From an uncultured Actinomycetota bacterium (GTDB lineage Bacteria > Actinomycetota > UBA4738 > HRBIN12), in contig CAVVAK010000009.1 in NCBI GenBank assembly GCA_963746335.1, positions 244,157 to 308,156 on the forward strand: a stretch of 64,000 nucleotides of DNA, read 5' to 3'. This document shows, one piece after another, positions 34,975 to 44,072 of the stretch. A program made the position numbers and the translations under genes. A model generated the notes under the pieces. That model did no database searches. It was not told where the DNA came from and saw nothing but the letters and a program-made list of their open reading frames with translations. How positions within the stretch are numbered: the first letter of the stretch is position 1; each line of letters opens with the position of its first letter.

Positions 34975-35120
34975 CTTCGGGGACGGCGCGCACGCAATGG
35001 GTTCCGGAAGAGCTGGATCGCCGCGAAGAGGCCGAAGAGGCTGACGGCGGCCACGAGCAACGACAGCAGCCCGATGAAGAACCACTCGAGGAATCCGTTG
35101 ATCGCCAGCATCGTTCGCAT
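34971..35120 (-). CDS. possible small single-pass membrane protein
   Basis: The 49 C-terminal residues of track ORF 34971..35384, starting from MRTMLAINGFLEWFFIGLLSLLVAAVSLFGLFAAIQLF, are strongly hydrophobic. The upstream part of the ORF is Arg/Pro shadow sequence. Confidence 0.3.
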   Translation of the reverse strand: MRTMLAINGFLEWFFIGLLSLLVAAVSLFGLFAAIQLFRNPLRARRPRS

Positions 35121-35163
35121 CCTACCGAGCAGGAGCGTCTCGATCGTTCGGTAGGGTGGCCTC

Positions 35164-36192
35164 ATGCGTCTCGGCGTCCTGACCGGCGGCGGAGACTGCC
35201 CCGGACTGAACGCGGTGATCCGCGCGGTCGTCCGTCGGGGCGTCCGTGCGCACGGCATGGAGTTCGTCGGGTTCCAGGACGGGTGGCGTGGACTCCTCGA
35301 CGACGCGACCCAGCCTCTCGGCATCGCGGAGACGACCGGGATCCTCCCGCGCGGCGGCACGATCCTCGGATCGTCCGGCGCCAATCCCTATCGGTTCGAG
35401 GACGGGCCGGAGAAGGTCGTCGCGACGCTCGAGCGACACGACCTCGACGGCCTCGTCGCGATCGGCGGTGAGGGGACGCTCGGAGCCGCGGCGCGCCTGG
35501 CGGACGCGGGGGTGAGGATCGTGGGGGTTCCCAAGACGATCGACAACGACCTCGGAGGGACCGACGTCACGGTGGGCTTCCACACCGCCGTGCAGGTGGC
35601 GACCGATGCGATCGACCGCCTGCACTCGACCGCGGAGAGCCACGACCGCGTGATGCTCGTCGAGGTGATGGGTCGGAGTGCGGGCTGGATCGCGGTGTAC
35701 GCGGGCATGGCCGGCGGTGCGGATGCGATCTTGATCCCGGAGCAACCCTTCGACCTCGACCATGGATGCGATCACCTTCGACGCCGGCATGCGAGCCGGA
35801 GCTCCTTCTCGATCGTCGTGGTGGCGGAGGGCGCCGTTCCCAAGGAGGGGACCCTGGAGCTGCCGGAGCCGCCTCTGGACGAGAACGGCTTCCCCCGGCT
35901 CGGCGGTCTCGCCAACCACCTCGCACCCGAGATCGAGAAGCGGACGGGATTCCAGACTCGCGTGACGATCCTCGGGCACCTCCAGCGAGGGGGTTCCCCG
36001 GTGGCGTTCGACCGGGTCCTCGGGACACGTTTCGGCCTCGCCGCTGCGGATCTGGCAGCGGCGGGCGGTTGGGGACGGATGGTCGCGAGACAGGCGCAAG
36101 ACATCGGAGACGTCTCGCTCGCGGACGCGGTCGCCCAGCGGAACCTGCTCCCACCCGAGCTGTACCGTGAAGCGGAGGTGTTCTTCGGGTAA
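35164..36192 (+). CDS. pfkA: 6-phosphofructokinase, actinomycete ATP-type signature
   Basis: 342 aa with GVLTGGGDCPGLNAVIR, IGGEGT and VPKTIDND. Confidence 0.88.
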   Translation: MRLGVLTGGGDCPGLNAVIRAVVRRGVRAHGMEFVGFQDGWRGLLDDATQPLGIAETTGILPRGGTILGSSGANPYRFEDGPEKVVATLERHDLDGLVAIGGEGTLGAAARLADAGVRIVGVPKTIDNDLGGTDVTVGFHTAVQVATDAIDRLHSTAESHDRVMLVEVMGRSAGWIAVYAGMAGGADAILIPEQPFDLDHGCDHLRRRHASRSSFSIVVVAEGAVPKEGTLELPEPPLDENGFPRLGGLANHLAPEIEKRTGFQTRVTILGHLQRGGSPVAFDRVLGTRFGLAAADLAAAGGWGRMVARQAQDIGDVSLADAVAQRNLLPPELYREAEVFFG

Positions 36193-36222
36193 AGAGCCAG
36201 GGACCGGTTGTAGGGTCGGCGC

Positions 36223-37371
36223 ATGCGTATCGGCATCCTCACCGGTGGCGGCGACGTCCCCGGACTGAACGCCTGCATCAAGGCCGCGACCAACCGTGCC
36301 GTCGCCGACGGGCACGAGATGGTCGGGATCCGCCGCGGTTGGGCGGGGCTCCTCGAGCTCGACCCGGCTGATCCCGAGACGGTCCGAACCCACACGGTCC
36401 CGCTGGACCCGGATGCGGTACGGACGATCGATCGCACGGGGGGCACGATCCTGCACACCTCGCGGACGAACCCCGCGAAGGTCCGCGCGTCCGACGAGCC
36501 CGACTTCCTGAAGGCCGGTCGCGTCGACGATGAGTCACGGGACCACACCCCGCACGTGCTGAACGTGCTGGACCATCTCGGGATCGACGCGCTGATCCCG
36601 ATCGGCGGCGACGACACGCTTTCGTTCGCACTTCGCCTGCACGATGAGGGCGTCCCGGTCGTCGCCGTTCCGAAGACGATGGACAACGACGTCCACGGCA
36701 CGGACTACTGCATCGGTTTCTCGACCGCGGTCACCCGGACCGTGATCTTCATCCATCAGCTGCGGACGAGCGCCGGCTCGCACGAGCGTCTCGCGGTCGT
36801 CGAGGTCTTCGGCCGGTACAGCGGCGAAACGTCGCTCGTGTCCGCCTATCTCTCGGGGATGGATCGCGCGATCATCAGCGAGGTCCCGTTCGACGTCGAG
36901 AAGCTCGCCACGTTCCTGATGGACGACAAGCGGAAGAACCCCTCGCGGTATGCGATGACCACGATCTCCGAGGGCGCCCATTTCGTCGGCGGCGAGATGG
37001 TGATGGGCGGGAGCGCCGACGCCTACGGGCACCGGAAGCTGGGAGGGATCGGAGCGCAGACCGGCGAGGCGCTGAAGGAGATCACCGGCGAGGGGATCAT
37101 CTATCAGCAGATCGGCTATCTCATGCGTTCGGGCCAGCCGGACTCGCTCGATCTGATGGTCGCCATCAACTACGCGGTGATGGCGGCAGACCTGCTGCTC
37201 GAGGGGACGAACGGGCGGCTGGTCGCGCTCCGGAACGGGAGCTACGTGAACGTGCCGCTCGAGGTCGTCCGGCAGGGCGTGAAGCGAGCCGACGTCGACG
37301 CGCTCTACGACGTCGACGAGTATCGGCCCAAGATCCGCCACGTCGACGGCAAGCCGATGTTCCTGTACTGA
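36223..37371 (+). CDS. 6-phosphofructokinase paralogue with the pyrophosphate-dependent signature
   Basis: 382 aa with [23 protein letters not shown] and VPKTMDND. Confidence 0.85.
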   Translation: MRIGILTGGGDVPGLNACIKAATNRAVADGHEMVGIRRGWAGLLELDPADPETVRTHTVPLDPDAVRTIDRTGGTILHTSRTNPAKVRASDEPDFLKAGRVDDESRDHTPHVLNVLDHLGIDALIPIGGDDTLSFALRLHDEGVPVVAVPKTMDNDVHGTDYCIGFSTAVTRTVIFIHQLRTSAGSHERLAVVEVFGRYSGETSLVSAYLSGMDRAIISEVPFDVEKLATFLMDDKRKNPSRYAMTTISEGAHFVGGEMVMGGSADAYGHRKLGGIGAQTGEALKEITGEGIIYQQIGYLMRSGQPDSLDLMVAINYAVMAADLLLEGTNGRLVALRNGSYVNVPLEVVRQGVKRADVDALYDVDEYRPKIRHVDGKPMFLY

Positions 37372-37466
37372 GGCCGCGGAGGATGCTCTTGACCGGCTTC
37401 GGCTGTGGAGAGCATGCTTCGAGGTGCAACCCGCATGCCGGAACCATTGTTGCGAAGAGAGGGCGG

Positions 37467-38039
37467 ATGTCGATACGCAAGTCACGTCATTCGAAGTCGC
37501 ACGTCGTCTTCCATTGCCCGGCGTGTTTCGCCGACCGCGTCGGCACCCTTCGACGAGGACCGTGGCATGCATGGCCGGACGATCGACCCGACGTCGGCGA
37601 TCACATCACGTGCACGGGCTGCGGTAGTCAGATCCATCCCTGCAACGTCGTCGACTCCGTCACGGCAACCGCGTTCAGCACCCGGTTGTTCTCCGGCGTG
37701 CGGAGCCTGATGGCGAGCATCGTGTCCGCCGGTCCTTCGGGTGAAGGCCTCCACGAGTCCGCCGTGGAGGCCGTTCGAACTTTCAGCTCGCTGCCGTACT
37801 CCTGCGATCGGCTCAAGGAGGATCTCGCTGCCCCGGGTCTCCCGACTCGGCTGCGCGGGGATCTGATCCTGCTGGCCGAGCAGCTGGACGCGAAGGCTGC
37901 CGAGGTATTGCTGGCCCGGGCCTCGCACCTGGCGTCCCTGCTCGGTGGGGCGAGCGAACCGCAACGAGCGATCCTCGAAGAAGCGGCGACCTACCTGCGA
38001 CGACGACCGCTCCGCCGCGCCGAACGGTCGACGGCCTGA
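37467..38039 (+). CDS. hypothetical protein with an N-terminal zinc-ribbon (CPAC...CTGC)
   Basis: In-frame ATG at 37467 inside track ORF 37383..38039. The C-terminal half is helical. No family was recognised. Confidence 0.5.
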   Translation: MSIRKSRHSKSHVVFHCPACFADRVGTLRRGPWHAWPDDRPDVGDHITCTGCGSQIHPCNVVDSVTATAFSTRLFSGVRSLMASIVSAGPSGEGLHESAVEAVRTFSSLPYSCDRLKEDLAAPGLPTRLRGDLILLAEQLDAKAAEVLLARASHLASLLGGASEPQRAILEEAATYLRRRPLRRAERSTA

Positions 38040-38079
38040 GCGCCGATCCTCGGTCCGGGTCCCGATAGACTCGCGCCCC

Positions 38080-39162
38080 ATGAAACCCTTCCGGGTCGAC
38101 CTGCGCTCCGACACGGTCACGAAGCCGTCCGAGGCGATGCGCCGAGCGATGGCCGAGGCCGAGGTCGGCGACGACTGGTACGACGACGACCCGACCGTGA
38201 ACCTCCTGCAGGAACGCTGTGCGGAGGCCCTCGGCAAGGAGGCCGGCGCGTTCGTCCCGACGGGCACCATGGCGAACCAGATCGGGCTGCGCCTGCACTT
38301 CAAGGGTCCCGGCCATCTGGTCGCGGCGGCCGCCGGACTCCACGTGACGAGCGTGGAGGTGATGACCGCGGCGGCCCTCGCCGGCATCGCGTACCGGACC
38401 GTCGATGCAGGACCGCGCGGCTGGATCGACGCCGACCAGGCCGCCCAACTCCTCGAACCCGACGAGTTCTACGACGTCGAGGTCGTGGATCTCTTGTCGG
38501 TGGAGAACACCGTCGGCGGGGCCGGCGGGCGGGTCATGCCGCTCGAGGAGCTCCGTGCCGTTCGGAAGGTGGCGAACGACGCCGCCGTCCCGATCCACCT
38601 CGACGGGGCACGGATCTTCAACGCGGCTGCCGCTGCCGAGGTCGACGCCTCCGACATCGCCGCGGAGGTCGACACCGTGATGTTCTGCCTCTCGAAGGGG
38701 CTGGGCGCACCGATCGGCTCGGTCCTGTGCGGGCCGGCGGAGATGGCGCGTGAAGCTCGCCGACTGAAGATCCTGTACGGCGGCGCGTGGCGGCAGGCGG
38801 GGATCGTGGCGGCGGGAGGACTGATCGCGCTCGAAGAAGGCCCGAAGCGCCTCCACGAAGACCACGAGCGTGCTCGCCACCTGGCCGAGGGCGTCGCCGA
38901 AGCCCTCCCCGGGTCCGTGGATCTCGAACAGGTCGAAACGAACATGGTGTTCGTCGACACCGAAGCCGTGGGGTTACCGATGCTCGACACGATCGAACGG
39001 CTGAGGGCTCTCGGGGTCGGCGTGACCCACTCCGGCGGCGCGATCCGGATGGTCACGCATCGCGACATCGACGACGCCGGCATCGGGGTCGCGCTGGACG
39101 CCTGGCGGGAGCTCGCTGCCGAAACGACGAGGGCCAAGAACGAGGAAGGGCAGGGCTCCTGA
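38080..39162 (+). CDS. ltaE: low-specificity L-threonine aldolase (PLP-dependent)
   Basis: ATG at 38080 (track ORF 37945 trimmed). It has DLRSDTVTKPS, GDDWYDDDPTVN, PTGTMANQ and FCLSKGLGAP (PLP Lys). Confidence 0.88.
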   Translation: MKPFRVDLRSDTVTKPSEAMRRAMAEAEVGDDWYDDDPTVNLLQERCAEALGKEAGAFVPTGTMANQIGLRLHFKGPGHLVAAAAGLHVTSVEVMTAAALAGIAYRTVDAGPRGWIDADQAAQLLEPDEFYDVEVVDLLSVENTVGGAGGRVMPLEELRAVRKVANDAAVPIHLDGARIFNAAAAAEVDASDIAAEVDTVMFCLSKGLGAPIGSVLCGPAEMAREARRLKILYGGAWRQAGIVAAGGLIALEEGPKRLHEDHERARHLAEGVAEALPGSVDLEQVETNMVFVDTEAVGLPMLDTIERLRALGVGVTHSGGAIRMVTHRDIDDAGIGVALDAWRELAAETTRAKNEEGQGS

Positions 39163-39785
39163 TGGCGCTGTTCTCGAAGAACTATCCGCCCGAGATCGCG
39201 GGACGCATCCCACCGGGCCAGCGGCTCGTGAAGACCTGGCCGGTCCTGCACTACGGGCCGATCCCGACGTTCGACGGGCAGAACTGGGACCTGGAGCTCA
39301 CGGGGCTGGTCGAGAACCCGGTCACGCTCTCGTATCAGGAGCTCCGCGCGCTGCCGAACGTGGACGTCCCCGCGGACATGCATTGCGTGACCGGCTGGAC
39401 GACGCTCGACAACACGTGGCACGGCGTGTCGTTCCGGACCCTCAAGGAGCTCGTGAAGCCGACGCCCGAAGCCAAGTGGGTCATCACCCACTGCGAGTAC
39501 GGCTACACGTCGAACCTCTCGCTCCAGGCGATGGACGACGATGACGTCCTCGTCGCATGGGCGAACGGGGGACAGGACCTCGAGCCGGAGCACGGCTGGC
39601 CGCTCCGGCTCGTGGTGCCCAAGCGCTACGCGTGGAAGAGCGCGAAGTGGCTCACGGGCCTGGAGTTCGTGGACAAGAACAAGCGGGGGTTCTGGGAGGT
39701 GCGCGGCTACCACACGCACGCCGAGCCGTTCGGGGAGGAGCGCTACTCCTATCAGGAGGGCCCGAGGGCGGAGCTCGAGCCCTAA
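39162..39785 (+). CDS. sulfite-oxidase-fold molybdopterin-binding domain protein (YedY/MsrP-like catalytic domain only)
   Basis: ATG at 39162 overlaps the ltaE stop (TGATG). It has HCVTGWT, GWPLRLVVP..YAWKSAKW, and is 207 aa. Confidence 0.75.
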   Translation: MALFSKNYPPEIAGRIPPGQRLVKTWPVLHYGPIPTFDGQNWDLELTGLVENPVTLSYQELRALPNVDVPADMHCVTGWTTLDNTWHGVSFRTLKELVKPTPEAKWVITHCEYGYTSNLSLQAMDDDDVLVAWANGGQDLEPEHGWPLRLVVPKRYAWKSAKWLTGLEFVDKNKRGFWEVRGYHTHAEPFGEERYSYQEGPRAELEP

Positions 39786-40618
39786 GCCTCGCGGAGACCC
39801 CGTAGGTGCGCGATGTCGGCCCGCTGACGGTCGACATCGCCGGGCGTCTCCAGCATCCACGGGACCGAGCCGATCGAGGGGTCGTTGACCAGGGCTCGCC
39901 AGCCGTCCGGGCCGATCATCCCCTCGCCGATGTCGGCGTGACGGTCCCGCCGGGCGCCGCGTTCGAAGACAGAGTCGTTGGCGTGGACGAGGGCGAGCCT
40001 GGAGGCGAGTCCACGTTCACCGAGTTCGTCGGAGAGGCGGGCGACCCCCGCCGGGTCGTCGAGCTCGACGCCCGCTGCGAAGAGATGCGCGGTGTCGAGC
40101 ACGAGTCCCAGGCGATCGTCGGCGACCTGCGTGAACAACTCCTCGGCCTCGTGGGGGAGCGACGCCACCGAGCCTCTCGTTCCCGCCATCAGCTCCGCGA
40201 GCACGTGGACCTGGCCCGCTTCCTCCACCCCCATCCGGAAGCTCTCGGCGGCGGTCCGGAGGGCTGCTTTTCGTTCCTGCGGACCGCCCGCGCCCGCGTG
40301 CACCACCAACAGCTCGACACCAAGTGCATCACACGCGTGGATGGTCTCCGTCAGGAGCGCGCGGGTCCGGCCGAGCGTCGTCGGATCCCACGACGCGACG
40401 TTCCCGACGTAGGACAGGTGGGCTACACACGGTCGGAGCCCCGAGCCGGCGAGCGCGACACGGAACCGATCGATCTCCGCTTCGTCGTATCTCGGGCCGG
40501 CCCAGGACCTCGGGTTCGAGATGAAGATCTGGAGGCAGTCGGCGCCCCGCGCGGATGCTTCCTCGATGGCCCCCGAGATGCCTGTGTGCCGGCGCCGGAC
40601 GTGGGCGCCGAGGATCAC
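39782..40618 (-). CDS. nfo: endonuclease IV / AP-endonuclease family 2 (TIM-barrel)
   Basis: 278 aa with GAHV...QIF..NPR.W, VAHLSY..N, LVVHAG, LDTAH and HANDS blocks. Confidence 0.8.
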   Translation of the reverse strand: MILGAHVRRRHTGISGAIEEASARGADCLQIFISNPRSWAGPRYDEAEIDRFRVALAGSGLRPCVAHLSYVGNVASWDPTTLGRTRALLTETIHACDALGVELLVVHAGAGGPQERKAALRTAAESFRMGVEEAGQVHVLAELMAGTRGSVASLPHEAEELFTQVADDRLGLVLDTAHLFAAGVELDDPAGVARLSDELGERGLASRLALVHANDSVFERGARRDRHADIGEGMIGPDGWRALVNDPSIGSVPWMLETPGDVDRQRADIAHLRGLREA

Positions 40619-42549
40619 GCGTGATAGACGGTGACCGTGGAGCCGTAGCGGATCCTGGTGCCCGCACCAGGGATCTGGCTCACCACGCTGTTGCCGCTGC
40701 TTCCCGGGACCGGCAAGGCCGTGAGCTCCAGACCGTGCTGCTCCGCGAGGGCCCTCGCCCCTTCCACGCTCATCCCGAAGAAGTCGGGGCAGTCGAAGTA
40801 TTCGGGTCCGATCGACACGGTGAGCACGACCGTGCCGCCGGGCTGGAACTCCGTCCCGGCGGTCGGATCCGAGTCGACCACGTCGCCACGAGCGACCTGC
40901 TTGGAGAAGGTCTCCTCGATCAGGACCTCGAAGCCCCTCGCGCCGAGCACCCTCACCGCCCTGTCCTGGGTCATGCCCCGGACGTCAGGGATCGGGACGG
41001 GCCGCGGTCCGTCGCTCACGACGAGCGAGACGGTCGAGCCCTTGGGGATCCGACCGTCCCCGGGCTGCTGAGAGATCACGTGATCGAGCGGGACCCGGTC
41101 GTCGTACCGTCGGTCCACCTCGCCGACGCGAAGGCCGGCGTCCTTCAGAGACTGTTTCGCCTTCTTCACCGGCTTCCCTTCCACGGAGGGGACGGCGACC
41201 GGGGGAGGTCCCTTCGACGGGACGATCGTCACCTGCGTGCCCTGCTCGCGAGTAGCGCCTGCCGACGGATCCACGGCCCAGACCCGGCCGGCGGGGATCT
41301 GCATGTCGAATCTGCCGTTGGCGACGACGACCTCGAAGCCGAGCGCCGTCAAGCGGTCACGAGCGGCGTCGACCGTCTCGCCGGTCAGCGCCGGGATGAC
41401 CGCGTTGTGCGGGATCGCGTACGTCCACGTCCCCCAGGCGACGCCCGATAGCAGTCCGACGAGGAGGATGGCGCCGACGATGCGTTTGAGGATCCGGCGG
41501 CGTCTCCGGTGCCGCTCCATCCGAGGGATCGAGCCGGTCTCCAGACGGACGCCCACCTCGGTGGTCTCGCCTCCCTCGACCGTGACCGAAGGGATGTGCT
41601 GGACGATCGAGGAGAGCCGGGGAGCCGCGGGGAGCTGGTGGGCGATCGCGTCGAGATCCATGCGCATGACATCCGCTGACTCGGGCCGGAGCTCACGGTC
41701 TCGGTCCGTCGCGGCCGCCACGAAGCCGTCGAGCTCTTCCGGGAGATCCGGCAGGAGCGAGGAGGGGGCGGGCACGCGATCGGACAGGTGCTTGTACGCG
41801 ACCGCCATCGCCGTCTCGCCCGTGAACGGGAGCTTCCCGGTGAGCAGCTCGTAGGCCACGATCCCCAGCGAGTACAGGTCGCTCCGTGGGTCGGCCGGCT
41901 CCCCCCGGATCTGTTCGGGCGCGAGGTACTGCACGGTTCCCGTGACGGCGCCGGCCTGCGTCACCCGGCCGTCCGCGTAGGCCCGCGCCAGCCCGAAGTC
42001 GGCGACCTTGACCACCCCGTCCTGTGTCACCAGCAGGTTCTCGGGCTTCATGTCTCGATGGACGAACCCCTCGTGGTGGGCATGACCCAATGCGAGGAGC
42101 GTCTGGCGGAGGATCTCGGCTGCCTGCGCCGGCTCCATCCGTCCCTGCTCGTTCAGGAGGTGCCGGACGCTCGGCCCGCGCACGTACTCCATGACCATGT
42201 AGTAGACGCCGTCGACGGCGCCCCAGTCGTAGACGTTGACGATGTTGGGATGGGCGAGGCTCGCGGCGGCGCGGGCCTCGCGCCGGAACCGGTCCACGAA
42301 CGCGGGATCGCCTGCCAGCGACCGATGGAGCACCTTGATCGCCACCTCGCGGGCGAGGACGGCGTCGTGGGCGCGGAAGACCTCGCCCATGCCGCCGGCG
42401 GCGATGCGTTCCACCATGTGGTAACGGCCGTCGAGGGTGACGAACGCCTGCCCTCCATGCGAGGGCGCCGATTGCGTGATACTCCTTGCGATGGTGCTCT
42501 CCTCCCTAGGGAAGCGCTCAGGGGGCAGGTCGGAGCGCGTCCGGCGCAT
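40615..42549 (-). CDS. pknB: Ser/Thr protein kinase with four extracellular PASTA domains
   Basis: The nearest canonical start upstream of the Gly-rich loop is ATG 42549 (track ORF 42963 trimmed). It has AAGGMGEVF, AIKVL, HRDMKPEN, DFGLA and APE, then one TM segment and 4 PASTA repeats. Confidence 0.88.
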   Translation of the reverse strand: MRRTRSDLPPERFPREESTIARSITQSAPSHGGQAFVTLDGRYHMVERIAAGGMGEVFRAHDAVLAREVAIKVLHRSLAGDPAFVDRFRREARAAASLAHPNIVNVYDWGAVDGVYYMVMEYVRGPSVRHLLNEQGRMEPAQAAEILRQTLLALGHAHHEGFVHRDMKPENLLVTQDGVVKVADFGLARAYADGRVTQAGAVTGTVQYLAPEQIRGEPADPRSDLYSLGIVAYELLTGKLPFTGETAMAVAYKHLSDRVPAPSSLLPDLPEELDGFVAAATDRDRELRPESADVMRMDLDAIAHQLPAAPRLSSIVQHIPSVTVEGGETTEVGVRLETGSIPRMERHRRRRRILKRIVGAILLVGLLSGVAWGTWTYAIPHNAVIPALTGETVDAARDRLTALGFEVVVANGRFDMQIPAGRVWAVDPSAGATREQGTQVTIVPSKGPPPVAVPSVEGKPVKKAKQSLKDAGLRVGEVDRRYDDRVPLDHVISQQPGDGRIPKGSTVSLVVSDGPRPVPIPDVRGMTQDRAVRVLGARGFEVLIEETFSKQVARGDVVDSDPTAGTEFQPGGTVVLTVSIGPEYFDCPDFFGMSVEGARALAEQHGLELTALPVPGSSGNSVVSQIPGAGTRIRYGSTVTVYHA

Positions 42550-42574
42550 CGTACCGCCGGAGGGGGATCCAACC

Positions 42575-43318
42575 GTGGAAGCTGGGGAAACTCCGTCCGG
42601 CGGGCTCGGAGCGGAGCTCGATCGCATCGAGGCTGCCGTCGACGCCGGAGACGCCGATCTCCGCCGCCTCGGCTTCTGGCGGGTCGTCGCCCTGATCAAG
42701 CGCGACGACGAGCTGATCGAGCGGCACGCCGAGCAGGTCGGCAGGATCGATACGAAGGCGTTCCGCGCCCGGGTCCGCTGGCGTGCGCCGGTATGGGTCG
42801 GCAATGCTGTCCTGCTCGCGCTCGGGGCGGCCGGGGCGGTGATCGCGGCGCTCGCGTTCGCGTGGTCCGCATCTCGACCTCGACCGTTGCTCACGGGAGT
42901 CGGTCTGTTGGCCGCGGCTGGGTGCTGGGCGGTCGCGGTCCACTCGCCGACGCACTGGGTCATCGGCCGGATCTACGGGATCCGATTCACCGACTACTTC
43001 CTCGGAGGACCGCCGCCCCCCAGGCCGGGGTTGAAGATCGACTACGCGACCTACCTCCGAGCCGCGCCTGAGCACCGCGCGGCTATGCACGCGTCCGGAG
43101 CGATCCTCACGAAGCTCGCTCCGTTCCTGCCGATCCTCTACGCACCCTTCCTACCGAACGCGACCGTTCCCGACTGGGCACGGATCGCCCTCCTCACGCT
43201 GGCCGGCGTCATGATCGTGACGGACATCTTGTTCAGCACGAAGACGGGCGACTGGTCGAAGGTCCGTCGCGAACTTCGGATCGGGTGGGAACGGACACGA
43301 CGAGCGGCCGGGCTCTGA
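42575..43318 (+). CDS. hypothetical polytopic membrane protein
   Basis: GTG at 42575 after GGAGGGGGA (track ORF 42437 overlaps the kinase N-terminus). It has several hydrophobic helices. No family was recognised. Confidence 0.55.
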   Translation: MEAGETPSGGLGAELDRIEAAVDAGDADLRRLGFWRVVALIKRDDELIERHAEQVGRIDTKAFRARVRWRAPVWVGNAVLLALGAAGAVIAALAFAWSASRPRPLLTGVGLLAAAGCWAVAVHSPTHWVIGRIYGIRFTDYFLGGPPPPRPGLKIDYATYLRAAPEHRAAMHASGAILTKLAPFLPILYAPFLPNATVPDWARIALLTLAGVMIVTDILFSTKTGDWSKVRRELRIGWERTRRAAGL

Positions 43319-43324
43319 CCTATC

Positions 43325-43423
43325 CTGTCGAGTGCACCGGGGAGCTCGGAGATGGCCGGGCTGAGAGGCGGGACCGTTCCCGCGACCCGCAGGACCTGAA
43401 CCGGACAATGCCGGCGGAGGGAG
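43325..43423 (+). promoter_or_regulatory. TPP (THI-box) riboswitch
   Basis: CCGGGGAGC ... GCUGAGA ... ACCC ... ACCUGAACCGGACAAUGCCGGCGGAGGGA matches the conserved TPP aptamer core. Its 3' end contains the thiE RBS (GGAGGGAG) directly before ATG 43425. Confidence 0.9.
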
Positions 43424-43424
43424 C

Positions 43425-44072
43425 ATGGCCAGACTGGATCCCAGAGCGCTCGGCGTCTACGTCGTCACCTCCGGCACCTCCGTGGCCGGTCGCAGCCACC
43501 GAGCGATCGTGTCCGCCGCCGTCGAGGGCGGCGCGACCGCGGTGCAGCTCCGGGCGCCCGAGCTCGCCGACGACGAGCTCCTGCCCCTGGCGTCTTCTTC
43601 GGCCGAGACGTGCGAAGCGGCGGGTATCCCGCTCCTCGTGAACGACCGCATCGAGGTCGCGGTGGGCGCCGGAGCCGCCGGCGCCCACGTCGGCCAGGGC
43701 GACGACCCCGGCACCGCTCGAGCACGCCTCGGAGCCGAGCGCATACTCGGGGTGAGCGTGCGGAACGCGGAGGACGTGTGGGTGGCCGAGATGGCGGGGG
43801 CCGATTACCTCGGCGTGACCGTGTGGGCGACCGGGACGAAGCCGGATGCCGTCCCGATCGGATTGGACGGGCTCCGCGACGTCGCGGCCGCGACGGCGCT
43901 CCCGGTGGTCGGGATCGGGGGGATCCACCGGGGGAACGCTCGTGACGTGCTCGCGGCGGGTGCCACGGGTATCGCGGTGATCGGCGCCGTCGCGGCCGCG
44001 CAGGATCCGGTCGAGGCGGTTCGCGAGCTGCGGACGCTGGTGGACGCCTTCCAGGAGGAGCGATCCAGATGA
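43425..44072 (+). CDS. thiE: thiamine-phosphate synthase
   Basis: 215 aa with LGVYVVT, VQLR, LLVNDR, GAHVGQ.D, GVS and GIGGI blocks. Confidence 0.9.
   Translation: MARLDPRALGVYVVTSGTSVAGRSHRAIVSAAVEGGATAVQLRAPELADDELLPLASSSAETCEAAGIPLLVNDRIEVAVGAGAAGAHVGQGDDPGTARARLGAERILGVSVRNAEDVWVAEMAGADYLGVTVWATGTKPDAVPIGLDGLRDVAAATALPVVGIGGIHRGNARDVLAAGATGIAVIGAVAAAQDPVEAVRELRTLVDAFQEERSR

Noticed and set aside
37383-37415. Imperfect hairpin (ATGCTCT ... AGAGCAT) after the second pfk gene as an intrinsic terminator.
   Set aside because: It has only a 7-bp outer stem with a poorly paired interior and no U-tract, which is too weak to call.
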